A stretch of 64,000 nt of DNA from a virus, in IMG/VR virus record IMGVR_UViG_3300042203_000045, one strand, 5' to 3'. This document shows, one piece after another, positions 1 to 7,810 of this stretch (position 1 is its first letter; each line of letters opens with the position of its first letter). The notes under the pieces are model-generated. The model was not told the DNA's origin, did not search any database, and saw only the letters and a list, made by a program, of their open reading frames with translations. The translations under genes and the position numbers were made by a program.

Positions 1-15
1 AACCCGCCAGGGCGG

Positions 16-2580
16 CTAGGCCACCTTGACGAAAGAAGTCTTCTGCTCGACGGGCACATACGACCCGTTGAACTCCTCCATGTAGTACTGGTCAGAAGCG
101 ACCAACTGCCCGTTGTCGTAGGAGGGGAACGGCCCAAAGATGGTCATCGGCTGCATGACCCGGTGCGCCACAAGCTCCCGGTTGATGACCTGGATGTAGC
201 CGTCCGGGAACTCAGTGCTCGTGAAGATAGGCAGACCCTTGACCCCGCCGGCAAAGCCCGCGGCGTTGAGCGTCGCGTTCGGGAAGCCGTCGCGCTTGAA
301 ACCGTCCGTCCAGTTGCTCAAGCGGTCGCTGTTGGTGGCAGACATCAGCAGCGCCGTCGGCATGTAGTAGCGGTTGTAAATCTTCGTCTTGGCGACGCCG
401 ATGTACTTTGCCAGCACGTCGATTCCATCGCTCGCAGCCGTCCAGGTGCCGCCGCTGTTGTTCGCCTGCTTCAGCGCGTAGGCCAGGCCCTTCCAGAGGA
501 TGTCCTTGTCAATCTTGCGGCGCAGCAGCCGCGCCATATTGCCCAGCGTGCGCGTCACGGCGTCATAGCCGAGCTGCGAACGGCTGAAGACGATGGCCTC
601 CTTGGTAATCTGGGTGGCGAGCCGGTCGGCTGCCATCGTGATCAGTGCGTCCGACAGCGTGTTCTTGGCGCGCGGGATAGCCACACCCTCGCCGCGGCGG
701 AACAGGTCGGCCACGTAATCAACCTTGACCGACTGCCCTTCGGTGATGGTCGCCAGGGCCAGAATCTTGCCCTCCTCGTAATCGACCACGTAGTCCGTCC
801 CCTCGGTGTAGGTGACGGTTGCCCCGCTGTTGGTCACGACCACCGTGCCGGGGCGGATGCGCTTGGTTGCCAGCGACACCCAGCCAGCCAGCGATGCGGT
901 CACGTCCTCGTCAGTCACGGTCGAAGATGCGCCCGATTCCCCGGCGTAAGCTTCGTAGAAAATCTTGGCCGGGGATGCGTCGGTCACGCCGAAGTCGTAG
1001 ACGTTGGCGGCCACAAGCTCCGGGTACGCCTGCTCGATAATCATGCGACTCACGCTGTAGGGCAGGCTCAGGTCGGCGGTCGTCTCCGCTTCCTCGAAAG
1101 CCCGCGCCTCGGCCAACAAGTGGCGCTGGTTGACCCGGTCGTAGCGCGCCAGCACCTGGGCCGTGAACAGTTCGGCCCGGCTGGCATCGTTGCGGCCCAT
1201 GTCGCGGCGCAACCCTTCGCCGGCCTTGACCAGCGACTCGTTGAGTTCCCAGGCCGCCTTGGTGTACTCAGGCCGCCCCGTCTCCTTCTCGAAGACCGGC
1301 CCCTTGACCTCGACGCCCGGCTTACCCTTGCCGCCCAGCACGACGGCGGCGGCGATGCCGTCATACTCGACCCGCTTGGCTTCCACCAGCGCCTTGACCG
1401 CTTCCGGCGTCGCCGGCTTGGCAGCGCGCACCGCCTCGACAAAGCTCTTGTTCAGCGCATCGCCGTAGGTCAGCCCCTTGGTTGCCTCGGTGATGGCCGT
1501 CTCGACCGCCTCCTGTGCCTTGCGCTGCGCCAGTTCCGCCTGCGCCCGCTGTGCTTCTTCCAGGGCCTTAGCCTGGTCGGCCAGCGCCTTGCGCGCCTCG
1601 TCTAGTTCTGCCTGCGCCTTGCGGTTGGCCTCCTCCAGCGCCTTGCGTTCTTCTTCGTTCACTTTCTGTACCTCCTGTAGCTGGTTGGCTTCATCCTGCG
1701 CCGCCGCCTCCACGATTGCCCCGTTGGGGTCGCTCGGCTGGGCAACCAGGTCAAAGCCCCTGATTGTCAATTCCGTCACTTCTTGCACCGTCTCGCCGTC
1801 CAACTGGATGGCCTTCGATGCCCCATAGCCGCGCATCGAAACGCCGATGGGAACGCCGGCTTCGACCAGAACCTGCACGTCGCGCCCCTTGGCGGTGGGC
1901 AGGATGACGCCTTCCAGAAGCACCCGACCGGGCGCGTCCAGGGATGCCGCCTGCCACTTGACTACCGTTTCCAGGATGTTGACGCGCTGGCCCTTGTCGG
2001 AGGGATGCTCCGCCTCGCCCGTCGCGATGAGGTTGCCTTGTCCGTTAGATTCATGCAGGTGGCCGTTGAGCCGGGCCACCGCTTCCGCCAGCACACGCCG
2101 CGGGTAGCGCCGCCCGTTGGCGTTGACCACATCGGCGGTGATGCCGATGGCCTTGACCCGCCGCGCCCCGCCGGCCTGGTTGGCTTCCGTAAGGGTGAGC
2201 GCCTGCTCAATGGTTTCTTGCAGCCGCTGGCCGCGGGCCGGCTTGCCAGGAGTGGGGGCCGATTCGGTGACGGGTTCAAACACCATAATCTGCGTCACCT
2301 CAACCGGCGTGCCGAACACGATAGCGTCGCCCTCGCCGCGGCTGTAGGGAATCTCCCACACTTGCCGCTTGCCGTCGTTCGGCGGCCACGTGTAGGCGAT
2401 CACACGGTCGGGGAACGTCCAAGTGATGCTTATGTCGTTGGACGGTCTTCCCTGCCAGGCATTCAGGGCAGCATGGATTTCGGCGCGCAGACCCTCGTAA
2501 CTCAGGTCGCTGCGCACCGCCTCCGTCAGCCCGAAGTGCCGCAGCACCGCCGCCTTGAATTGTTGTTCCGTCAGTTCCAT
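16..2580 (-). CDS. Fused prohead protease / scaffold / major capsid protein
   Basis: NANGRRYP, GEAEHP, IGVSMRGYG and FDLVAQPS motifs of T4 gp21-like protease; central coiled coil; C-terminal capsid-like region. Confidence 0.88.
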   Translation of the reverse strand: MELTEQQFKAAVLRHFGLTEAVRSDLSYEGLRAEIHAALNAWQGRPSNDISITWTFPDRVIAYTWPPNDGKRQVWEIPYSRGEGDAIVFGTPVEVTQIMVFEPVTESAPTPGKPARGQRLQETIEQALTLTEANQAGGARRVKAIGITADVVNANGRRYPRRVLAEAVARLNGHLHESNGQGNLIATGEAEHPSDKGQRVNILETVVKWQAASLDAPGRVLLEGVILPTAKGRDVQVLVEAGVPIGVSMRGYGASKAIQLDGETVQEVTELTIRGFDLVAQPSDPNGAIVEAAAQDEANQLQEVQKVNEEERKALEEANRKAQAELDEARKALADQAKALEEAQRAQAELAQRKAQEAVETAITEATKGLTYGDALNKSFVEAVRAAKPATPEAVKALVEAKRVEYDGIAAAVVLGGKGKPGVEVKGPVFEKETGRPEYTKAAWELNESLVKAGEGLRRDMGRNDASRAELFTAQVLARYDRVNQRHLLAEARAFEEAETTADLSLPYSVSRMIIEQAYPELVAANVYDFGVTDASPAKIFYEAYAGESGASSTVTDEDVTASLAGWVSLATKRIRPGTVVVTNSGATVTYTEGTDYVVDYEEGKILALATITEGQSVKVDYVADLFRRGEGVAIPRAKNTLSDALITMAADRLATQITKEAIVFSRSQLGYDAVTRTLGNMARLLRRKIDKDILWKGLAYALKQANNSGGTWTAASDGIDVLAKYIGVAKTKIYNRYYMPTALLMSATNSDRLSNWTDGFKRDGFPNATLNAAGFAGGVKGLPIFTSTEFPDGYIQVINRELVAHRVMQPMTIFGPFPSYDNGQLVASDQYYMEEFNGSYVPVEQKTSFVKVA

Positions 2581-2604
2581 CGGGATTGCCTCGCCAGGAA
2601 ATGG

Positions 2605-2644
2605 GCAACAAAAAACGGCGCACCCCTCGAAAGGAGTGCGCCGT
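2605..2644 (-). terminator. Intrinsic terminator in the leader of the capsid gene
   Basis: ACGGCGCAC...GTGCGCCGT stem followed by TTTTTGTT on the minus strand. Confidence 0.75.
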
Positions 2645-2708
2645 GTGTCTGCGTTTCACGCCGCGTAAGCCGGTATGGTGGCCGGCCCTGCGTTATTCAG
2701 TTACAACA

Positions 2709-2738
2709 ATCTTAGCACAGGTGTGATCGTTGGTTCAA
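2709..2738 (-). promoter_or_regulatory. Putative sigma70-type promoter upstream of the capsid gene
   Basis: TTGAAC-18 bp-TAAGAT with extended TG. Confidence 0.5.
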
Positions 2739-2748
2739 TAGGGTAACG

Positions 2749-3576
2749 CTATGCAGCCTGATTTGTCGTCTTGGCAAGCCGATTGCGCCTGTCCTTGCGC
2801 CGCCGCCCATCGTTGGATGTCAGCTTTACAAAGTGCATTTTGACTTCGGCACGTGACCTGTAGTTGTAGATGGGTTCAATCACTGCCAGATAATCATCAA
2901 TGCTCGATTGCTTGGTCAATCTCGCGCTCTGGTACTGCAACCTGTCCATCATGACTTTGTGACTATAGCCCTCATGCTCATGGAGCATGGCGACGGCGGA
3001 TACGAAGGTGGACTCTCGGTAAAAATCTGGATAGTACCGTTTGAAGTCAAGACAAGAGCGAGCCACTGCGTTGGCAAATTCCAGGTCATTGCACGTATAC
3101 CGTCCCTTTACGTAATCCCTGGTAAGCCCCTGCCGATCTCCATAGTGACACAAGTCTCGCGCCATAGTGAGGGTCATCCAGTTGTTGGCCTCCCAAAAGT
3201 CGCGCAGCCGAACGTATTCTTGATTGCCGCGCTGAATCCAGGCGTACAACCAATCTCGCGCCGTCCAGTGTTTGGTGTTTCCGTTTGCCTCCGGCACATC
3301 CTCGATTGTAGCGTCTGTAGCCACGATATAATAAATAGGTACGGAAAGCTCTTTTGCTACCGTGTACCGGTGTTGCCCGTCGAGTATGACGCCCGCCTTG
3401 TCTACCAAAATGGGGTACTCTCGCAGCAAATTCCGTTTGCTGATTGCATCGTACAACCGCTCCAAATGCTCCGGGTCAAGCGGGCGATTCAGAGGATTGA
3501 GAGTCAGGCGGGCGTACTCCGTAGTCGAGTGGATTAATCCGTCTTGCATCGTGTGATATGCTGTTGTTGTATTCAT
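2749..3576 (-). CDS. ParB/Srx-like N-terminal domain protein (moron)
   Basis: NPLNRPL, PILVD..ILDGQHRY ParB motif; lower GC than flanks; GGAGG RBS before the ATG at 3576. Confidence 0.75.
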   Translation of the reverse strand: MNTTTAYHTMQDGLIHSTTEYARLTLNPLNRPLDPEHLERLYDAISKRNLLREYPILVDKAGVILDGQHRYTVAKELSVPIYYIVATDATIEDVPEANGNTKHWTARDWLYAWIQRGNQEYVRLRDFWEANNWMTLTMARDLCHYGDRQGLTRDYVKGRYTCNDLEFANAVARSCLDFKRYYPDFYRESTFVSAVAMLHEHEGYSHKVMMDRLQYQSARLTKQSSIDDYLAVIEPIYNYRSRAEVKMHFVKLTSNDGRRRKDRRNRLAKTTNQAA

Positions 3577-3660
3577 GATAAAGCACCCTCCCAGGTGCGC
3601 TCTAGCAGAACCGGACACTACGAATGTCCGGTTCTGTGTTTCTTGCTCCCCTCATTTTAC

Positions 3661-3675
3661 ATCACTTTCAGTGAA
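3661..3675. promoter_or_regulatory. 15-bp palindromic operator ATCACTTTCAGTGAA
   Basis: Matches the repeats at the CI/Cro region; next to a minus-strand TAAAAT -10 box. Confidence 0.7.
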
Positions 3676-3701
3676 TTTCTACCCACAAATATTCACCAGT
3701 T

Positions 3702-3902
3702 TTACCCTCCATTCTCCACCTTGCCGATAGACTGAACCGTCCAGACCGGCGTATCGCTCACCATCATCACGGTGACGTTGTACGCCTTGCCCTTCTCCAA
3801 CTGCGCAAGCCGGTAGATAAGGCGCAGCGCCCACGCCGGCAGCGTCACCGTGTCAACCTTGCGCATATCCCCGCTTCCCGCCTGCCCTATCGCCCCGTTC
3901 AA
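3702..3902 (-). CDS. Hypothetical protein
   Basis: 66-aa ORF closely following the gpF-like gene. Confidence 0.55.
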   Translation of the reverse strand: MNGAIGQAGSGDMRKVDTVTLPAWALRLIYRLAQLEKGKAYNVTVMMVSDTPVWTVQSIGKVENGG

Positions 3903-3906
3903 GTTC

Positions 3907-5073
3907 TCACCGCCCCAAGTCCAGCACCGTCGCCATTGCGTCTACATCGCCTTCCAACCAGGTGTCAATCATGCGCAGCAACTCCGCCGCCGCGCCCAGC
4001 CCATCCCCCACCGGCGCAAGCGAGCGCCAGCCAAGCCAGGATGCGTAGCCGTCCAGGAAGTCGCCTTCCCCTCGCGCCCACGCCGCTGCCTGGCGTGCGA
4101 AGTCGCCGGGTGGCATGAGCACCTCCGTAAAGTAACAAAGGCACTGAGGATGCAAAGGCAGAAAGTTCGCCGTCTTTTCGTGCGGATTCTCCGCCACGGC
4201 GCTGTCGCACTGGTCAATCTGAGGATGCGCAGGCGACAACGTGACATTTCGCCCCACGATGCCAGGGAAATTCTGCGCAATGTCGCTCGTCACGGCATGG
4301 TTGGCAATCTGAATCTCGTTGCGCGCCAGCCGCAGGGCGTTGTAGCTGACACCCGCCGGCCTGCTCAACAGCCCCGTCGCATCGCCCGCCGCCCGTTCGT
4401 CGGCTGCGTTGCGCCAAAGCCCGTCCGCGCTCTGCGCCCGCTCGCTTGCCGTCATGCGGTAGAGCCGATCCTCTGACCACTTGGGCCAGTTCTGGTCGGC
4501 GTTCAGTTGGCCTTCCAGTCGTTCGGCCAAGTCCCAGGCGTTCGTTCGCTCGGCCATGCTGGATGCCACCGTGTTGCGGATGGTCTGCATCCCGCCCTGC
4601 TCCAAACGCCAGATGCGCTGCGACAGGTTCAGCCCGTCGCCATAGACCCGGCTCTGCGCCACGCTCAGCGCATAGTTGCGCCGGCGCAGCCACATCTCGG
4701 CCAGCTTGGCGTAATCGTCAGCGGAGGGGACGAACGTTTCTTGCATCCGCTCGTAGGACTGGCGCACCAGGTGGTTGTGCTTGACCCGCCACGGCCCGGC
4801 TGCGATGTCGCCGGCAGCCTGCCGCGCGCGGGTCAATAGTTGGGTGTAGTCGCGCATGACCGCCCGCCACCTGGGATCGGCGGCGTTCAGCACCCCCGCC
4901 AGCTTGCCGGCATCGGCATAGCCTTCGCTGTCGGCAGTCCCGCGCACCTCGCGCACCAGCCACGCCTGGAAGGGGTAGAGGATGGCATGGACGCGGCCGG
5001 CGGCGTACAGTTGCAGGCGAGAGACGGCGACGTGTTGGAGGCGGTCTGCGTTGCGGATGGTGAGGGTGGTCAT
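3907..5073 (-). CDS. Head morphogenesis / minor head protein (Mu gpF, SPP1 gp7-like)
   Basis: YNALRLARNEI and PLHPQCLC motifs; downstream of portal. Confidence 0.85.
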   Translation of the reverse strand: MTTLTIRNADRLQHVAVSRLQLYAAGRVHAILYPFQAWLVREVRGTADSEGYADAGKLAGVLNAADPRWRAVMRDYTQLLTRARQAAGDIAAGPWRVKHNHLVRQSYERMQETFVPSADDYAKLAEMWLRRRNYALSVAQSRVYGDGLNLSQRIWRLEQGGMQTIRNTVASSMAERTNAWDLAERLEGQLNADQNWPKWSEDRLYRMTASERAQSADGLWRNAADERAAGDATGLLSRPAGVSYNALRLARNEIQIANHAVTSDIAQNFPGIVGRNVTLSPAHPQIDQCDSAVAENPHEKTANFLPLHPQCLCYFTEVLMPPGDFARQAAAWARGEGDFLDGYASWLGWRSLAPVGDGLGAAAELLRMIDTWLEGDVDAMATVLDLGR

Positions 5074-5753
5074 ACTCTTACAAATCCCTTCGCCCCAACT
5101 GCATCAAACGTCTGCACGGCAAAGTGTCTCAAATCGTCGTTTTCCAAAAACGCCTCTTTGCGACAGATCACCCATTGCGGTTGAAGTACGGCCATCGCCC
5201 GAATAATGTCCTGGTTCAGTTTTTGCTCTAAACAAATGATGACGGCAAACAAGTCGCCCATCGTGTGAAAATCAATGCCGCCTAAGCTGAACGTCTCAAT
5301 CGGCGCATTGATAGGTAGTCCGCTGTCGAGCATTACCTCATACAGCGTCTCTAGCGCCGTGCGGCCCGCTCCGCTCGGCGCCGTGAGTTTGAACACCCTG
5401 AACCCCGCCGGCGATTTTTTAGCGCCGCCCGCTGGCTTCTTGCCGGCAGTTGACGGCGGCTCAGCGTAATCGCCCGTTACCTCGTCAACTGCTTTGATTA
5501 CTGCGCTCAGGAAGCGATTAACCTCCGGGGCGCTCGACGTGTTATAGCGACTGTCCAGGTAGTGCCATTTGTCGTAGGCAGGATTTGCCGTGCGGCGCTC
5601 TGTCCATTCGCTCGCCGGGATACGCAGGGGGGACTGCTCCCATTCCATGTTGTCGAGTTTCACCGTCACCTCGACCACGCCATTACTTAGCGCGGCCCTG
5701 ACGCGGAAGTTCCCGGACTTGTACGTCTTGCTGCGGATGGTGAGGTTGGTCAT
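5070..5753 (-). CDS. Hypothetical protein (inserted moron)
   Basis: 227-aa ORF, lower GC, 5' end duplicates the 5' end of the next gene. Confidence 0.7.
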   Translation of the reverse strand: MTNLTIRSKTYKSGNFRVRAALSNGVVEVTVKLDNMEWEQSPLRIPASEWTERRTANPAYDKWHYLDSRYNTSSAPEVNRFLSAVIKAVDEVTGDYAEPPSTAGKKPAGGAKKSPAGFRVFKLTAPSGAGRTALETLYEVMLDSGLPINAPIETFSLGGIDFHTMGDLFAVIICLEQKLNQDIIRAMAVLQPQWVICRKEAFLENDDLRHFAVQTFDAVGAKGFVRV

Positions 5754-5756
5754 GGG

Positions 5757-5963
5757 TTAGGGGCGTCCCTCCAGCGCAGACTTGGGCGCTCCACAATTGC
5801 GGCAGTCCGTGCGCTCTGGCGCTTGTGTCGAATGGCAGTAGGGGCAACGCCAGGGCGAATGACGAACGATGTCCGCCCACAGTTTCGCTTGCGTCTCATC
5901 CAGTTTGACCGTCACGGCGTGCGTCCATCCCCGTTCCGGCGGAGGCGGCGGTATGAATCCCAT
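5757..5963 (-). CDS. Small zinc-ribbon protein
   Basis: CPYC...CRNCG. Confidence 0.6.
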   Translation of the reverse strand: MGFIPPPPPERGWTHAVTVKLDETQAKLWADIVRHSPWRCPYCHSTQAPERTDCRNCGAPKSALEGRP

Positions 5964-7342
5964 TACGCCCCCCTCCCCTGGTTGGCGGTTGGCTCATCAT
6001 CCTCCCCATCCAGCCCGCCCTGTGCGTTCGCCGCTACCCGCTGCATCTCCTGCGCCGCCGCCGCCGCTTCCGCCTCACGCTGCGCCGTCAGCGCCTCTAT
6101 CGCCTTGATCTCGGCGTCCACATCGAAGTCGGGCAGCATCGTCGCCATGATGCGCAGGGCGGTCGGGTCAGTCAGCAGCCCGGCGGCCTTGACCGCCGCA
6201 CCGAAGGCGGCCACGTCCTTTAGCTCGACCGCCGTCGCCTCTTTCTTCGCCTTCCACTGCACGTCCACTTCGAGATCGTCCGGCCAGATGCCCAGCAGCA
6301 GCCACTGCCGTTCCAGCATCGGCAGGATGAACTCGACCGCCAGCCAGCCGCGCACGCTCACCAGCGTCTCCGTGTACTGCGCCTTCTTCTCTTGCAGTAC
6401 GTCCCGGTTCAGGTTGCGCCCGTAGCCGATCAGTTCCAGGGGCACAGGCGACGCCATGCCGAACGTGTCCACATGGTGCTGCACGTCAGCAATGTCGCTC
6501 AGCGTCGCATCGCCCTGGACGGCTTGCAGCCCGCCGGCCTTGTTGAAGAAGAAGTCCGACACAGCGGCGTAAGGGTCATCCAGCGCCGGGCGGTTGGCCG
6601 CCTTGTACGCCTCGATTTCGGCGGCGTTCGCCCCGTCCAGGATGTGCACGTAGCGCATCCCCGCCCGCGTCTTGCGCCGGACGGCAATGTCGAGTTCGCC
6701 CTGCGTCATGCGCTTGTACGCCTTGCGCGCCGCGGCCAGCATGGGCGACCCGTAGCGGGAGCCTTCGTCACGATCCCAGCGGGCATGGAGCATTTGCCAC
6801 TCTGCGAAGAATGTCGCTCCCGGCGGCGGCGTGTCGCCGGACTGCGGCTTGTCCGTCCAGTAGAACGCCTGGATGGGGTCGTAGAAACGGTCAAACTCGT
6901 CTGACCAGCGATACATCTCAAGTGTGGGCTTGCGCGTCACCTGCGCAATCTCGCCCTTGGCCGTCACGCCAAGCTCCAAGAACGTGTCACCGTCTCGGAA
7001 GGTCAGCCGCGCCCAATCGTCCAAGCGCGTGTACAGGTCGATGCGAGCAAACAGCGCATCGGCGGCGGCCTGCGCCTGCGCCGCACGGGGGCCTGTGATC
7101 TGCAAGGTGAACCCGCCCGCCGTGGCGTCGCGCGCCAGGGCGGAGAGTGCCCCCTTGGCGCGTGGGTCTTCGCTCACCATCTGCCGGCTGTCGGCAATGG
7201 CGCTGCGCCGGTCGCGCTGGGCGGAGAACGACGACAGCATCGTCTGGATGGACGGCGGCGACGGCGGCGCGGTCGTGACCACCGCCTCCGGTTCGCTGCG
7301 CTTGCGCCACAGGGACGCGATACGGTCAAGGATGGTAGGCAT
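5963..7342 (-). CDS. Portal protein
   Basis: 459 aa after TerL; FRDGDTFLEL and H.R....RYGSPML motifs. Confidence 0.85.
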   Translation of the reverse strand: MPTILDRIASLWRKRSEPEAVVTTAPPSPPSIQTMLSSFSAQRDRRSAIADSRQMVSEDPRAKGALSALARDATAGGFTLQITGPRAAQAQAAADALFARIDLYTRLDDWARLTFRDGDTFLELGVTAKGEIAQVTRKPTLEMYRWSDEFDRFYDPIQAFYWTDKPQSGDTPPPGATFFAEWQMLHARWDRDEGSRYGSPMLAAARKAYKRMTQGELDIAVRRKTRAGMRYVHILDGANAAEIEAYKAANRPALDDPYAAVSDFFFNKAGGLQAVQGDATLSDIADVQHHVDTFGMASPVPLELIGYGRNLNRDVLQEKKAQYTETLVSVRGWLAVEFILPMLERQWLLLGIWPDDLEVDVQWKAKKEATAVELKDVAAFGAAVKAAGLLTDPTALRIMATMLPDFDVDAEIKAIEALTAQREAEAAAAAQEMQRVAANAQGGLDGEDDEPTANQGRGA

Positions 7343-7583
7343 GGTAGGGTTCCTTCAAGTGGGGCAGGTCTTCCGAATACTGGCACTCGTCAGGCAAAAC
7401 GTAACGCCCGTCATCCAGGCGGATAATCATCCGGTGCGGCGGCTCAACATCATTGCGCACCACTGTGCCGCGCTGCATGTGGGCGAAGTCATAATGAAAC
7501 GCCACCCATAGCTGCGTGCCTGGCGGTATATTGTCGCTCTGCTTGGGCCATCGGTCATGGCTGACTGTTGCAACGTTGCCCAT
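7326..7583 (-). CDS. Hypothetical protein
   Basis: 85-aa ORF coupled in the operon. Confidence 0.6.
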   Translation of the reverse strand: MGNVATVSHDRWPKQSDNIPPGTQLWVAFHYDFAHMQRGTVVRNDVEPPHRMIIRLDDGRYVLPDECQYSEDLPHLKEPYHAYHP

Positions 7584-7810
7584 TAGGGCGTCTCCTGGCC
7601 GGCTTGTCCCGCAAGCTCAAGAATCCGTCGTATCTCGTCGGTAGCGGCGAAGGTCAGGAAGTAAGCATAGGCTTCCTCCAACTTCGTGATCGTCACGGCG
7701 TAGGCGCGGTCTTTCTCGCTGCGGTCGTTGGGCTTTTCCGCCTTGGTGCGGTGGATGGCGTACCCGATAGCCCGCACCGGCAGTTCGTCATTTGAGCCTG
7801 TGAATGTCAT
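7583..7810 (-). CDS. Small helical protein with Acb2/Tad1-like hairpin motif
   Basis: DRAYAVTITKLEEAYAYF resembles the SRE.S/A.A.TKLEEA..W motif. Confidence 0.4.
   Translation of the reverse strand: MTFTGSNDELPVRAIGYAIHRTKAEKPNDRSEKDRAYAVTITKLEEAYAYFLTFAATDEIRRILELAGQAGQETP

Noticed and set aside
163..1605. Long antisense ORFs (also 22918-24189, 46199-47866, 56077-57570)
   Set aside because: Shadow frames of GC-rich genes with no motifs
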